64,000 nucleotides of DNA from Salpingoeca rosetta (taxonomy: Eukaryota > Protista > Choanoflagellata), in contig JAWQFM010000007.1 in NCBI GenBank assembly GCA_033442325.1, positions 1,640,312 through 1,704,311 of the forward strand. Reading direction: 5' to 3'. The notes beneath the pieces are model-generated. The model was not told the DNA's origin. It made no database searches and saw only the letters and a list, made by a program, of their open reading frames with translations. The translations under genes and the position numbers were made by a program. Position 1 is the first letter of the stretch, and each line of letters begins with the position of its first letter. Shown here one piece after another: positions 21,638 through 35,238 of the stretch.

Positions 21638-22660
21638 ATGGCTGGTGGACTGCATGGACTGTTAGCGCTGGCGGTGATGGGTGGCACGCTGGCACTGACC
21701 ACGTATGGGCTGCTGTGGTGGCAAGGGTTGCTGACGGCGGCTGTGGTCGCTTCGCTCTTTGTGCACTTGGATGTGCTGTACTTTGTACGAACGCTGTCGC
21801 TCTTCATCGGGCACGCACTCAACACTGCCCCACCATGCGGTACGCGTCGACGCGCGCATATGCGCCTGCTTTGTACAACTACCGACTTGTCCAACTACTT
21901 GCTCGCCTTTATTTGGCTTACAGCCTCTACACGCTGTGCTATTGTAGTGCACCCACTCACACGCACACACACACACACTCACACGCACACACTCACACGT
22001 ACACACACACACACACACTATCACACACATGTGCACACACACACACTCACACACACTATCACACACACACACACACACACATGTGCACACACACGCACAC
22101 ACACACACATCGTCCCCATGCTCCCCCTGTTCCAACGCAGACCTCTTTGAGACAGTGAACCTGCCAGGTCGACTCTGGCTCACTGATCTCGACTGGAACG
22201 TGAGTTGTTGGTGGTGCTCGGCTACTTGCGCTTCCTCATCAGTGTGCGTGCAATGCACTTGCGATCCCATGTCTCGGACACACACTTGCCACCCGCCTTT
22301 CTACCACCTCACATGGTGTACATGTCCTTGACGAACCGGTTGGACTTGTGGCTCTTCCCCGCTCCCTCCCTTAACTTGACTCCAGCTTCACATGAACAAC
22401 GCTCGCGTACGTTGACATGCGGGTGCGCGCATGGACCTGTATGTGTTGCCTGCATGATGGCAGTACGAGGTGGCTGCCCTATCTCAGCGTCACCTCCCAC
22501 TTTGTTAACGGTCTGGATTGCCTTGCACCACCACCACCACCACCACCACCGTTACCCCCACTCACTCAACACAGTACCCTCGGGAATGTGACATCGCCCG
22601 TTACAACCTCTGGAAGCACAACGGGGTGTTTGATGCCCTGAAGAAGCTCGGCGTGAGTTC

Positions 22661-22726
<66 letters not shown>

Positions 22727-23243
22727 GAACATGTGTGTGCGAGCAAATGTGTGTGTGCGTGTGCGTGTGCGAGCGAGCAAATGTGTGTGTGTGTGTGTGT
22801 GGGTCCGTAGCAGCCTTTGACCTCGTAACGCACCACACACGTGCGCCATGTTGCTGGCTGCAGGGATTCATGGTGCTTGGAGCGTGCACGACGCGGTTTC
22901 GTCGATCCATTGAGCCGTTTCAAGCCTACGACCTCACGTACGCAGCGTGCGTGTGTGTGTGTGTGTGTGTGTGTGCGTGTCTGTCTGTCTGTTTCACGCC
23001 CTCAGCGCACAGAGAGCCTTGTTGCATGTTTCGTTGGCTGGGAAGCGTGGGTGTGCTCACCCCGCAACGACACCGCCTTTCATGCCACACGCCATGTCAC
23101 AGCTCGCAGGTGCTGTGTTGGGATGAAAGCGCGTTCTATGTTGAGCAGCGCTTCGTCACGAAGGACGGATTTGTCAGGGTGAGGCGATGCCAAGGGAGGG
23201 GGCGAGAGTGCAGGCAGCGGAGGGACTGTACATGTGTGTGTGT

Positions 23244-23298
<55 letters not shown>

Positions 23299-23652
23299 CG
23301 TACAAGTGTGTGCGCGCTTTTGTTGGGCTCACTCACACTCGCTCGATCTCTGTCTGCATGCTGGTTTTGTTTGTACCGCTGACGTGCGTTCATTGCGGTG
23401 TGAACACGCGCACCAATGCACCATCATTCGTGCAACAGGCCATTTTCTTTGCCAAGCAGGCGATAGTCAAGACCACAACACACGATGTTCTCAAGGAGCT
23501 CGGCTTCAAGGTATGAGGTGTATGCGCGGGCGTGTATGTGTGCACATGCACATCTGTATGCCATGCGCCAAGTTCTCATCACCGTCCTTGACTCCTTCCC
23601 TCCGTCAAACACACACACACACACATCCACATACACACACACACATCCACGT

Positions 23653-23695
<43 letters not shown>

Positions 23696-23865
23696 CTACC
23701 CACCCCCCCCCCCCCCCACCACACACACACACATACATACACTCCCTACCCTTGCCCGCGGAGCAGGACACAACGAGCCCGGCGCCGCCAAAGCACTTGG
23801 TGGACTGGATGGCGTTTGACAAGGAGTGCCGCCGCGTCCTGCGGGTGGAGGCAAAGCTCGAGTAG
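21638..23865 (+). CDS. THEM6: THEM6-like hot-dog-fold thioesterase with N-terminal hydrophobic segments
   Basis: LDVLYFVR...[12 protein letters not shown]|LHMNNAR|YPRECDIAR...[18 protein letters not shown]...[22 protein letters not shown]; stop TAG at 23863-23865. Confidence 0.88.
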
Positions 23866-24075
23866 ACTCAACACACAAGACGCACCCACGCAGGCATGCG
23901 CACGCACGCACGCAGGAATATGTACACACATGCAAACAAAACACACCCACACACACACACTCTCTCTCCGTGTGGTGGCAAGTTGCGCTGCTGCTGCTGC
24001 TGCTGCTTCTCCATTTGCATTTGTCGTAGGTTTTACGGTAAACAGACCACCAAAACTGCAGAGGAATAAGTAACA

Positions 24076-24162
<87 letters not shown>

Positions 24163-24163
24163 G

Positions 24164-24609
24164 TCAGCTGTCTGCCTCGACCTTGTGAGAGGGCTGGTCC
24201 CATGCGCGGGCCCACGTCTTGTTCCCGTGCTCGTCCACCCGCATCTGTCTCGACATGCGTTCAGCGTCGATCTTCGCTCGTTCCTCCTTCCACCGCCGCT
24301 CCTATCAGTCGCACCAGCACAAGCACCAACAGCCCCGACAACAGCATTGACAAAACGTTTCCATAAATACACATACACAGGCATGAACATATGCGGAGGT
24401 GGATACGCAGGCAGGCGCAGCTGCACGAGTGGACGTGGCGCACGCAGTCAAACGACGTGTCGAGCACAGCATCCACCGCAGCAACTACAGCAGGGGATCA
24501 GGGCGTGCCATCGCGACACAATGGTCATTTGCAGAGACACTGACACCATGCAACATGGGGCGTACCTTTGCCGACATGGCACCGCCGGTTTTCCTTGCAT
24601 GCTGAGTTT

Positions 24610-24650
<41 letters not shown>

Positions 24651-24734
24651 CGCGCGCGCGCGTGTGAGTGTGTGCGTGTGTGCGTGTGTGCGTGTGTGTG
24701 CGTGAGGGTGAGACACACACACACACACAGAGAC

Positions 24735-24777
<43 letters not shown>

Positions 24778-26075
24778 TACACACACACACACAGTTAGGC
24801 GGGCGAACAAGTTGATCGACAGGCAGCAAGCTGCCGAAGAACAGGAGCACGCCCGAGTGCAATTGCTCATTGCTCACTGACAGAGACGCAAAAGCACTTC
24901 GGCGACAAGCCGTTGCAACCCCATTGTTGGCAGCACGCACCCCACGCCGAGAAGGGCCGCGCTCGCGCTCTGCATTGTGACGTCCACGCAGGCTCTAGAG
25001 CAAAACCGAGTTGGGGAGGGGGAACGGGGTCAAGTCATGGCAATGACAAATGGTTTGCACGGTGGGGAGGGATGATGGCGGTATGAGACAAAGACAACGA
25101 GCAGGAACATGGAACAATGCACGGACAGCATGTGTGTGAGTGTAGTTGCAGACAGATATTGAACCTGATTGACGACGCGGTTCTTCTCTGCGCCCTCACG
25201 CTGTTGCTCGTAATCAGCAATGAGCGCTTGTCGTTCCTTCTCCTCCGCAATGTTCTGCTTTCGCTTCGCCTGCACACAAAGGGAAAAAGAAGGATGAGAT
25301 TGCGTGTGATTTTCCACGTGTCGATGTGTCGCGGTGTACATCTGCACACGCTGTCACGCACACACACATATGGACACACACACACACACACACTCTCTCT
25401 CTCTCTCTCTGTGTGTCTGTCTCTCACTCTCTCACTCACTCACCACTCACTCACACACACACACACACACACACTCACTCACACACACACACACACACAC
25501 ACACACTCTCTCTCTTCGTCTCGCACACACACACACACTCTCTCTCTCTTCCCCTTGGGGTACCTCGTAGGCTTCCATGGCCTTTCGTTCGCGCTCTTGC
25601 TCACGCTCCTTTTGCCGTTGTTGTCGAGCGCGCTCAGCAGCAAGGCGATCCAGCTCCTTGTCCCGCGCAGCCTCGGCCTCGGCCGCTTGTTGGCGCCTCA
25701 CCAGCTCCTCATTCTTCTTGCGCAGCGCGGCAATGCGCGCATCTAACCAGAGAAGGGAGTGCACAGACACAAAGCCAACGGCCCAACATGAGCCCATCCA
25801 TGCGCACAGGCGCCAAGCAACACGCAACATGGTTTGAGCGACGCACGCGACCGGGTTTTGTGCAGCGGTCCAGTGTAACACCACCTCGCCAACTCTCTAG
25901 CAACTGTACCGTACCAAGTTCAGCCTCCTTCTTTGGGTCTCGACCTGGGATCAAAGCAAGCAAGCAAGCAAAAGAAAGAAGGAAGGGCAGGAAGGAAGGG
26001 ACGTGTGGCAAGACGAAGGAGTGACATGACGACGTGAGTGCTGCCAAACAATTCCTTCATCATGTCAACCAACCA

Positions 26076-26146
<71 letters not shown>

Positions 26147-26233
26147 CACACACTCCCTCGCTCACTCTTCGCAAATCATTGTCATCCTGCTCCGCTTGAA
26201 TCGACGGTTCACGACAGCACCTTTTGATGCCAT
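24164..26233 (-). CDS. CCDC9-like (DUF4594) coiled-coil protein
   Basis: MASKG|RDPKKEAEL|DARIAALRKKNEELVRR resembles the CCDC9 N-terminus (ELDKRIEALRRKNEALIRR). Last exon RWKEERAKIDAERMSRQ...WARAWD resembles WKQEREKIDQERL...WRREWD. Confidence 0.7.
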
Positions 26234-27666
26234 CTTTGGTTCTCGTTCATGAATGTTGCGAATGACCCGCGCCTAGGCTGAGGCACGTCGGAGAGTGCCC
26301 TTGCAGTTTGGCAGAATTGTGAACGATAAGCAATAATCATCGGCATGGGGTGCCCTGCCTTTATACTTACGTTCTGGGCAATTGAAGGAGGTCGTGGGAA
26401 ACGGAGTGACTTTGCAAACGGTTTGGGCAACGCGGGGTGGCGGATTGATACCTGCCGACGCAAACACAAGCAAACAAAGAAAGACGAGCAGAAGCAAGCA
26501 AGCAAGCAAGCAAGCGCGACTTCTGCAGCCGCGACCTTCCCATCGCCGCTGCCGCCTTCTCGTGCCTTGCATACATTGCTTACCCCAACAAGGAACTGCT
26601 TGACAGGCGGCTTGATCGCAAGGGCTTGGTCGCTCGCTCGATTCCATTCACATCACCAATCGTCTTGCTTGATCGTCGGCCACACCCTCTCAGCCGCAGG
26701 AACACCAAGCAGCACCAAGGACGGCGAGCAAGTCAGGAAGCAAGCAAGAAGCAACCACACACATCCCTCAACGCTCACCAGCGACGGCGGGCCTCCTACC
26801 CCCCACTAACCCACACACGCAAACAAGCATCATCAAGCCGGCTCCCATCTCCCAAGCAAGAAGGGCTCTTCCTTCCACCGAGCGTGTGTGATCGCTTGTT
26901 CAGGTGCCGCGACAGTGCCGCCGCCCCACCAAAACAAGACCTGCCAACGTCACACCTCGTGCAAGCGCTGTTCGACGTCACCACCGAGCCTACTTAAATT
27001 CGCCTGCTCCTTTGTTTTGCCGTAAGGCACACCCCCCGAACGCGGGTGAGTTCACACCACACCTGCTGCTGCTTCGCATCATTTCACCCCATACACAGGC
27101 GAGCCAAAGCAAGTGAGTGAGTGAGTGGGTGAGAGAGAGAGAGAGAGAGTGTGTGTGTGTGTGAGTGTGTGAGTGTGTGTCTGTGTGTCTGTGTGTCTGT
27201 CTGTGTGTGTGTGTCTGTGTGTCTGTGTGTCTGTGTGTGTGTGTGTGTCTCTCTCTCTCTGTGTGTGTGTGTGTGTGCAGAGGCGTTTGTGAGCCAGTAA
27301 TACGTGTGCCGTATGTGTGCGCGTGTGAGCAAGTAAGCTGGGGTGCGAGCGATGTAGAGGCTCTGCGTCGTGTTTGAAGGGGATTGACGGGTCGTCATTG
27401 TTCCTGTGTGGGACGTGCACATGACAAGGCAAACGATTGTGTGCTCAGTGAAGCCGTTGTCTCTCCTCTGACCTTTGCATACCAACTACGCTTCAGCCCA
27501 CACAACCCATGCATGCAGCAGCACGCGTCAGACACCCGCCCCTCCACAGCGAACATTTGCATGCACGCCAATACCCTCCCCTCCGCATCTTGGCTAACTT
27601 GCGTTCTTGCTTTTGTTGCTCCACTATACAATTAATCCTCCAGACACCCCGTTCCTCCGGCCAGCG

Positions 27667-27991
27667 ATGCTCAAGGGCGAAGACCAACAACCCCAATCTG
27701 GTAGCCCAACGTCACTGTCACAGGCGCAACAGGAGGTGTCTGCCGCTGCCACGTCCACCGCTGCCGACCGAAAACAGCATCGCAGTGCTGTCGCTTCTCC
27801 TGACACAAACCCAACACCAGCCGCATCTACAATGCCAACACCAACAACCCCTGCTGCAGGTGTACACGTGTCCAGCGCAGCAGAACCGCAATCACCAGGG
27901 CCTGGTGGGCACCAGCCACAAGATCAACAGCTACAACAACAAGATCAACAACAACAACAACAACAAGATCAACAACAACAACAACAAGATC

Positions 27992-28029
<38 letters not shown>

Positions 28030-28720
28030 GACCAGGAAGGCAACCAGGAGCAACAAAAGTCACAGGTCCCGCTGGAGGCGCAGGCGCCCCAGTCGCAGCC
28101 CTTGGCTCGGCAGCAACAGCACGCAGCGCGCACAGAAACACCCGGCAGCAAGCTGCCCACCCCGGTGCCACAGGCAGCATCCAGCGAACAGGCACCACAG
28201 GCCATGCATTCCAAGCCCACTGCAGATGCGCCCGCCGTGCACGGCCAGAACACCAGCAGTCAAGAGCAAGAAGACACCGCCAACGCTGCGGATACAGACG
28301 CGGGCGTGACAAGCGACGCTGGTGACGCAACTGCAAACGCGAGCGACGCCGCTGCCGACGGAACTGCGCACGCGAACACCAGCGCTTTGGCCAAGCGTAT
28401 GGGCCGCCTGTGCTGCCGCTTCTGCGGCAAGACGTTCACCACCAACGCACACGTCGTGCGCCATGAGCGTATACACACGGGAGAGAAGCCGTACGGCTGT
28501 CCGTACTGTGATCGGCGCTTCAATCAACGCGGCAACCTCAATGTCCACGTGCGCACGCACACAGGTGCGTGACTTGAATGCTCGAGTGTGTATGCCGAAA
28601 GGTGTGGATGTCTGCGTGAATGCATGCTTGTGTGCATGTATGCAATTGAGTGCAACACAACTACCGCGCGAGGACAGCTGCGTGCTCCACACAGCCACAC
28701 ATAGCAACACACGTATGCAT

Positions 28721-28769
<49 letters not shown>

Positions 28770-29915
28770 GATTCACACCCATACAGCAACACCCCCCCCC
28801 CCCAAGCAAACCTCAGCACCATTCGGTGCCCACGCGCTGTTTTCGTACTTGCTCACTCCAACCCCCCCCCCCCTTCTCCACCTCGCTCCCGCCCCCACTC
28901 CATCCTATCCCGCTTCCTTGCAAACTCCCATCACTGGCCCAATATGTTCATCCAAGGCGAGCGGCCGTACAAGTGCCGGTACTGCCAGAAGTCGTTCACC
29001 ACGTCGTCGTATCTGCGGGTGCACGAGCGCGGCCACCTGGAGCGCCTGCACGAGCTCATGATCTCCGCCGCCCAGCGCATGCCGCTGCACCCTGGCGCCG
29101 CCATCAACGCGGCCACCGTCGCGGCGTCTGGCGTCGCCCACCCCATGCCCATGCGCCCGCCAAGCAACGGCAAACGAAAGCGCCGCAGCCGCCGCAAGGA
29201 CAAGCAGGCCGACGACGCCGATGTCGCGGAGCCCGACAGCGGTGCTGCCGCCGGCACCGGTGCAAGCAGCCTTGCGTTTTCTCCAGAGGAAGTGCAGCGG
29301 CAAATGCGCCTGTTTGCTCAGCAGCACGGCCAGCAGCAGATGCAGCAACCCGTGATGCCACAGCAGCAAATGCAGCAACACCAGCCGAAACCAGCAGCAA
29401 CAACAACAACAGCTGCACAGCAGCAGCAGCAGCAACTGCAGCCGCTGCTCGCTGCAATGAGCCAGGCCCCGTGGACAATGGGGCTGCCCATGATGTCAAT
29501 CCCTCAAGCGCTGATGATGGGTATGAATCCTTCCATGTTTGGTATGTCATCTCCACAGCAGCAGCAACAACAGCAACAACAACAGCAACAGCAACAATCC
29601 TCTCAACAATCACCAGCGCACTCGATGCTCTCCTTTAACCCGCAGCTTTTGCAACAACAGCAGCAGCCGCAGCAGGGCTCCCCACGCCCTGGGCCTTCAG
29701 TGCCAGCCGCCATGCAGCCTGCCTCGACGTCGGCCCAAATGCAGGCTGCATCTCAACCGACATCCTCGTCCTCATCAATGCCGGGGCAGCAGCAGCATGT
29801 AGCCGCAATGATGGGACAGCTGCCGTTCATGAACCCGGCTGCGTTATCGCAACTCGCCATGCAATACGCACTCGCATCGCAAGCCAGTGGTGCCACTACG
29901 CCCCAATGGCCACAA

Positions 29916-29950
<35 letters not shown>

Positions 29951-30077
29951 CCCGAGACAGCCAGGGGTGTCCAATTTTGGCGATGCCATTGGCGGCCAGG
30001 CGGCTCCGCAGCCAAATGCTTACTCCTTGCAGCAACCCCAGCAGCAGCAGAAGCAACAACAACAACAAAAACAACAA

Positions 30078-30109
<32 letters not shown>

Positions 30110-30131
30110 ACGCCCTCCTTCTCAGCAATAA
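27667..30131 (+). CDS. C2H2 zinc-finger transcription factor (3 fingers, Q-rich flanks; 2 coding exons)
   Basis: [51 protein letters not shown]|[26 protein letters not shown]; intron about 28565-28956; NLS-like KRKRRSRRK; poly-Q tracts. Confidence 0.92.
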
Positions 30132-30557
30132 CTGCACACGTAACAGCTCCCTCCCCTCCCCTTACCACATTGCGATCAAACGACGCAATGCTCGTAGCGC
30201 TAGTGCTAGTGTATGCTGACCCCGAAGAAGCCTCACAATGGTCCACGCAGGTGCGGGTGATCATCCTGTGATGGCTTGATACGGACAACCACCCTATTTC
30301 AACGCGAGCATGCGCAACTGCGCCAGCTCAGGCTGCAGTAATGCACGCCCTCATTTTTCTTCTTCGTTTCCTTTTCTTTTGCTTTTTTTCCGTTGTTGTG
30401 CTGGTGTTGGCGCGCGCGCGTGTGTGTGTTTGCGGCAGCCTGTGTGCGTGCATGTTTTGCGCACGTCAAAGTTACGTGCGTGTGCTTGACTGTATGTCTG
30501 TACCTGTACGCACCTGTGCATGTGCGTGAAAGTGTTGCAGTTGTTTCACATCGACAA

Positions 30558-30750
30558 GTTTAGTCAGAGGAGAGCCCATGTGTTGGTTTGTGTGCATTTG
30601 TTCACCTCACACCGCGTGCGGCGTGTGTTGTCTGTTCCATCTCATCTCATCACGTTTAGTCAGAGGAGAGCCCATGTGTTGGTTTGTGTGCATTTGTTCG
30701 CACCGCGTAAGGGCGTGTGTGTTGTCTGTTCCATCTCATCTCATACACGT
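30558..30750. repeat. Imperfect tandem duplication of a unit of about 96 bp (2 copies)
   Basis: gtttagtcagaggagagcccatgtgttggtttgtgtgcatttgttc...gttgtctgttccatctcatctcat occurs at about 30558 and about 30654. Confidence 0.85.
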
Positions 30751-31767
30751 GTTTCGCTTCGCCCAGTATGTGTACTGTGCAATCATTTGGGGATTGTTTC
30801 CTCGTAGGCATCCTTCTCTCCTTCTCTCCTCCTCCTCTTCGCCCGTTTGTGTTAGCTTGCTTGTTGGCCCATCGGCCGTTTCGCTCGCCGTGTTACTACT
30901 GTTAGTACTGTTGATCCTCATGGCCTTCTTGAATTCATCCATTGGCTGTGTTTCTGGTGTTGCGTTCCTGTTCCACCTTCCCCTTATGTCACTGCTCACA
31001 CGAACAAGCGCGCGTGCGAGAGCAGGTGTGCATGCAGGCGTGAGTGCGCGTTGTCGTGAGCGGGCCAGCGCAGGTTTGTTCCCAGCAAGGCGCTATGTCA
31101 TGTTGCTGCTTGTCCTCGTGCTGCTTTCTTCGGCTGGTTCCGGAAGCACACCAAGGCCACGCACCCCCGCAACATCCCACATCTTGCCTCTCCTTGCTGG
31201 TCTGCGCTGCCACTGCTGCTGCCGCCGGTGGTGTTTCGTCGTGAGTTGTTGATCATGTGTTCACGCCTTGTACAGTCAGGCGTGCACGCCATCATGACCT
31301 CATTCGTGTGTCGCTCGTTCACACTTCCTCGCCCGTCGTCAGTGTGTAGTAGAAAATTCGCAAAATCTTTAACAATTCTTCACGATTGCGATTGTCCAGA
31401 CACACACACACAACAACACAAGCACCCCCTGGTTGTGGCGTTGTCTGTGCTCTGCGCTGCGTCGTGTGTTGTACGAAGGACTTGTTGCTTGTTTGGCCGT
31501 GTGTGTTTGTGACGGAGCAGCCAAAGAGGTGTGTGTGTGTGTGTGAACGGCGTGGTTGTTGAGTTTCTTCTTGTGGGGCTACGTCGACAGAGCAATTGTG
31601 CGATTGATTAGGCGCGAGAAGGAGGGAGGACCTCATTCTCATCGGGGTTGTTGTCGTGGTTGCTGTTGAATGCTCAACGACAAGTGTCAAGTTGTGTGTC
31701 GCATCAGTTGTTGTTCCCATCTCCGATACGTTTTTGTCTTTGTACCACACCCGAGCCATCCACTCCC

Positions 31768-33931
31768 ATGGGGTGTCGCATTAGCCAACATCGGCCAGGT
31801 TAGCACCTGCATGTCGCTGCTAGGCTGTGTTCCGCACGTGGGCGCTTCTGCCGTTGCACAGAGAGAGAGTGTGTGTGTGTGTGTGTTTGCGTATGTGTGA
31901 GTGAGGGAGTGAGTGAGTGAGTGTGAGAGAGTGTGTGTGTGAGTGAGTGAGTGAGAGAGAGACAGAGAGAGACACACAGAGAGACAGAGACAGAGAGAGA
32001 CACACAGAGAGACAGAGACAGCGTGTGTTTGTTTGCGTGTGTGTTTGTGTGTGTGTGTGTGCGTGTGCGTATGTGTGTGTGTGTGGGTGTTTGCGAATGT
32101 GTGTGTGTGTGTGCGTCACACACGCACAGACAATGCACGCGTGTATTGTCTCACCACACTCACGTTAATACATCTTTGTTTGATTCACGGTTGCTTTGTT
32201 TTCGTCTTGTGTGTCTGGACTCTGGGCAGAGATGTCAACGCACAAAGGGCAGTATGATGACGACGAACGTGTCGAGCACATCAGTGATAGACAAGGTCTG
32301 TGCAACACAGTGCGGAGCTTTCGCGCAACCTTCACAGTTCTGATGTGACTTGTTTGGATCGTGAACAGCTCATTCCACGATGCTTTTCCGCTGCTCGCAC
32401 TGATGCATTGACGATGCAACGTACATGTGCATGTACATGTGTGTGTGTTTTCGCGCGCTATTGGCAACAGATCACCTCGACCATGAGATCCAAGTACTGC
32501 ACAACGTGCTGCCGCTGTCATCAGGTGCGTGTCTGACCAAATACCTCGGGCGTGCTCATGCATGTTGGCTGCTCGTGTTGAGTCAGAAGCGCCAACCACT
32601 CTTGAGCACTCACAAACCGGTGTCGTTCCATGCGCCTCTTCCTGGTGGTGCTTGTCGTGTGCGGTCACAGAGGCGCCATCGCCGCCCTCCCGGAAGCTTT
32701 CACGGAGCACATCCCGCCGATTCTCGGTGGCAGAGGTGCGGCGCACGCGCGCTTCATGCATTCACCCACGCAACACTGTGCCCTTTGTTTTCTGTCAGGA
32801 TACCCTTGTGTCCATCATCTATCTTGCCCGCCCAAGCTCACATGTGTATGTGCGCGTGTGCGTGTGTGTGTGTCTGTGTGTGTATGTGCGCGTGTGCGTG
32901 TGTGTCTGTGTGTGTGTGTGTGTGTCTGTGTGTGTGTGTGTGCGCGTGTGTGTGCGTGTGTGTGTGTGTGTGCGTGTGTGTGTGTGCAACAGGACGATTT
33001 ACAGCCGCTAGAACTTGCCAATTCGCGCAAGTTCAACTCCACCTCCACCCTCTTTGTTGACAGCACCGTCAGCAGTCCAAACCTCGAGGAAACGCTTCGC
33101 TGGTTCGTCCATGTGTGTGTGTGTGTGTGTGTATGTGTTTGTGTGTGCGAACTGCCTTGTTCACGGCCACGCCTCACACAACCCTGTCTTGCCTCATGCA
33201 GCGTTGCCTTGGCACTTTCATATGTCGTCGAGGACGGCCACAAGTATGTGTCCAAAGCCCCCTCCCCCCAACCAGTAGTGCACATGGTGTTGTCTCCCGC
33301 GCATGTGTGTGTGTGTGTGTCTTTGTGCTGAGCTCCCACCGCTTGCACCGCTTGCACGTCCATACCTGCTCTCACGCCCATGGGCTGTGCCTCTTGTGTG
33401 TGCTGTGCTGTTGCTGCTCCCCAATTTCTGCAGGCAGGACAACCCTCGCCTCTTTAGCGAGAAATTCGACGAGAAGCGCCACCCAATCACCGTATGTCTT
33501 GCTTCATATGTGCACACGCACGTGCTGGTGCATGTGTGCACAAATGTTGCCGCTTTGCTTGTGCGAATGTGTGCGTGCGTGTGTGTGTGCTTCGTTCATG
33601 TCTGTCTATGCCCACTTCTCTGGCTGTCTATGCCCACTTTTCTGTCTATGGTTCTGTCCCTTCATTCCTGTCTGACTGGGTGTACGCCACACGCACGCGC
33701 GCGCACTCACACTCACACTCACACTCACACTCACACTCACACTCACACTCACACTCACACTCACACTCACACGCGCACCCACCCTCTGTGACCAGGATCG
33801 CGTACGGCGTGATTACGCTTCTCGCATTCCCAGCGAAAACCGCATCTACAAATTCATGTTTCAGCTGTTCAACTCAGCACAGGTACTATGTTTGCCCACC
33901 CTGTCTGTCTGCTCTATCACCTGTGCACAGC

Positions 33932-33991
<60 letters not shown>

Positions 33992-34948
33992 TATTTATAT
34001 GTATACGTGCACATACATGCACATACAACCCCCCCCACAAACACACACACACGCGCGCGCGTATGCCATCCTCATGATTGCTCATCCCACCCCATCCCAT
34101 CCCATCCCATCCCATCTCCTTGCTTTGCGCAACCCCAACAGCTGACAGCGGAGTGTGCAATCATCACGCTCGTGTACGTGAACCGCCTCATTGCGTACAC
34201 GAGCCTTACCCTGCACGCGTCCACGTGGAAGCGCGTTGTGCTTGGCGCCATCTTGCTTGCCTCCAAGGTGTGGGACGACCAGGCCGTGTGGAACGTCGAC
34301 TTCTGCAGCATGCTCCCGAGCGTCGCCGTCGAGGACATGTGAGCGCGGCACGCGCTTATTGCGCTTTTGTCTCGCAGTGCAGTGAGCGATGTGTGATGTG
34401 TGATGTGTGATGTGCATGCGTCTGCGCGTTCGCCCGTGTGTCTGGCCTGTTCTGTCCTGTCAATCCTGTCTGTTGTCTTCTATTCTGTCCTGTCCTGTTG
34501 TGTGTCGCTGTGCGTACGGCTCTCGAATTGTTTCTTCGATGCTCGTCGCCAGCGTAACGTCTTCCTGTCCAGCTTGCACCCACTGCTAACACGCCCCCCC
34601 CCGACACATTCCCTGCTGCTGCTCCGTCTCCTCTTGATCGTCGTCAGGAACGATTTGGAACGCACTTTCCTGGAGATGTTGGACTTCAACATTGATGTTG
34701 ACTCGTGCGTGTATGCAAAGTATTACTTTGAACTCCGTGCGCTGGCGGAAAAGTTTGAAAAGGACTTTCCTCTCAAGCCCCTCAACAAAGACCAGGCAAA
34801 GAGGCTTGAGGTACGTGTGCACGAGTGTGTGTTGGGGGGGGGGCGGTTGCTTGTGTCCACGTGTGTCAATGTATGTGTGTGTTCGTACGTGTGCGTGTCT
34901 GTGTGTGTGTGGGGGGGGGGGGTTGCTTGTGTCCACGTGTGTCAATGT

Positions 34949-35017
<69 letters not shown>

Positions 35018-35238
35018 AAACGTACGCGCGTGTATGTACACATACACGTATGCGTGTGGTTTTTGCTGATATGTGCAGCGCATCCTCTCACAAATCTCCC
35101 CCCCTCCACCTAATTGCGCTGTTGCTTGTCATGCAGGCGCTCTCTGAGCGGCGCCACGATCTCATGAAAGGGTTTGGCATGAGGGGCGCACAGAGCCTCG
35201 ACCCAGACGAGTTCAGAGCCAAGGCCATCATCTCGTGA
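31768..35238 (+). CDS. CCNY: Cyclin Y
   Basis: MGCRIS start; VEHISDRQ; [20 protein letters not shown]; [14 protein letters not shown]; [27 protein letters not shown]; [19 protein letters not shown]; [10 protein letters not shown]; ends in AIIS* as animal cyclin Y does. Confidence 0.95.

Noticed and set aside
30558-30750. Direct repeats as a possible CRISPR array
   Set aside because: Only two copies, the intervening sequence is also duplicated, the context is eukaryotic and there are no cas genes.
30736-31322. Possible small spliced minus-strand gene (ORFs 30736-30999 and 30989-31213)
   Set aside because: No recognisable motif and no convincing start or splice chain; cannot be supported without RNA data.
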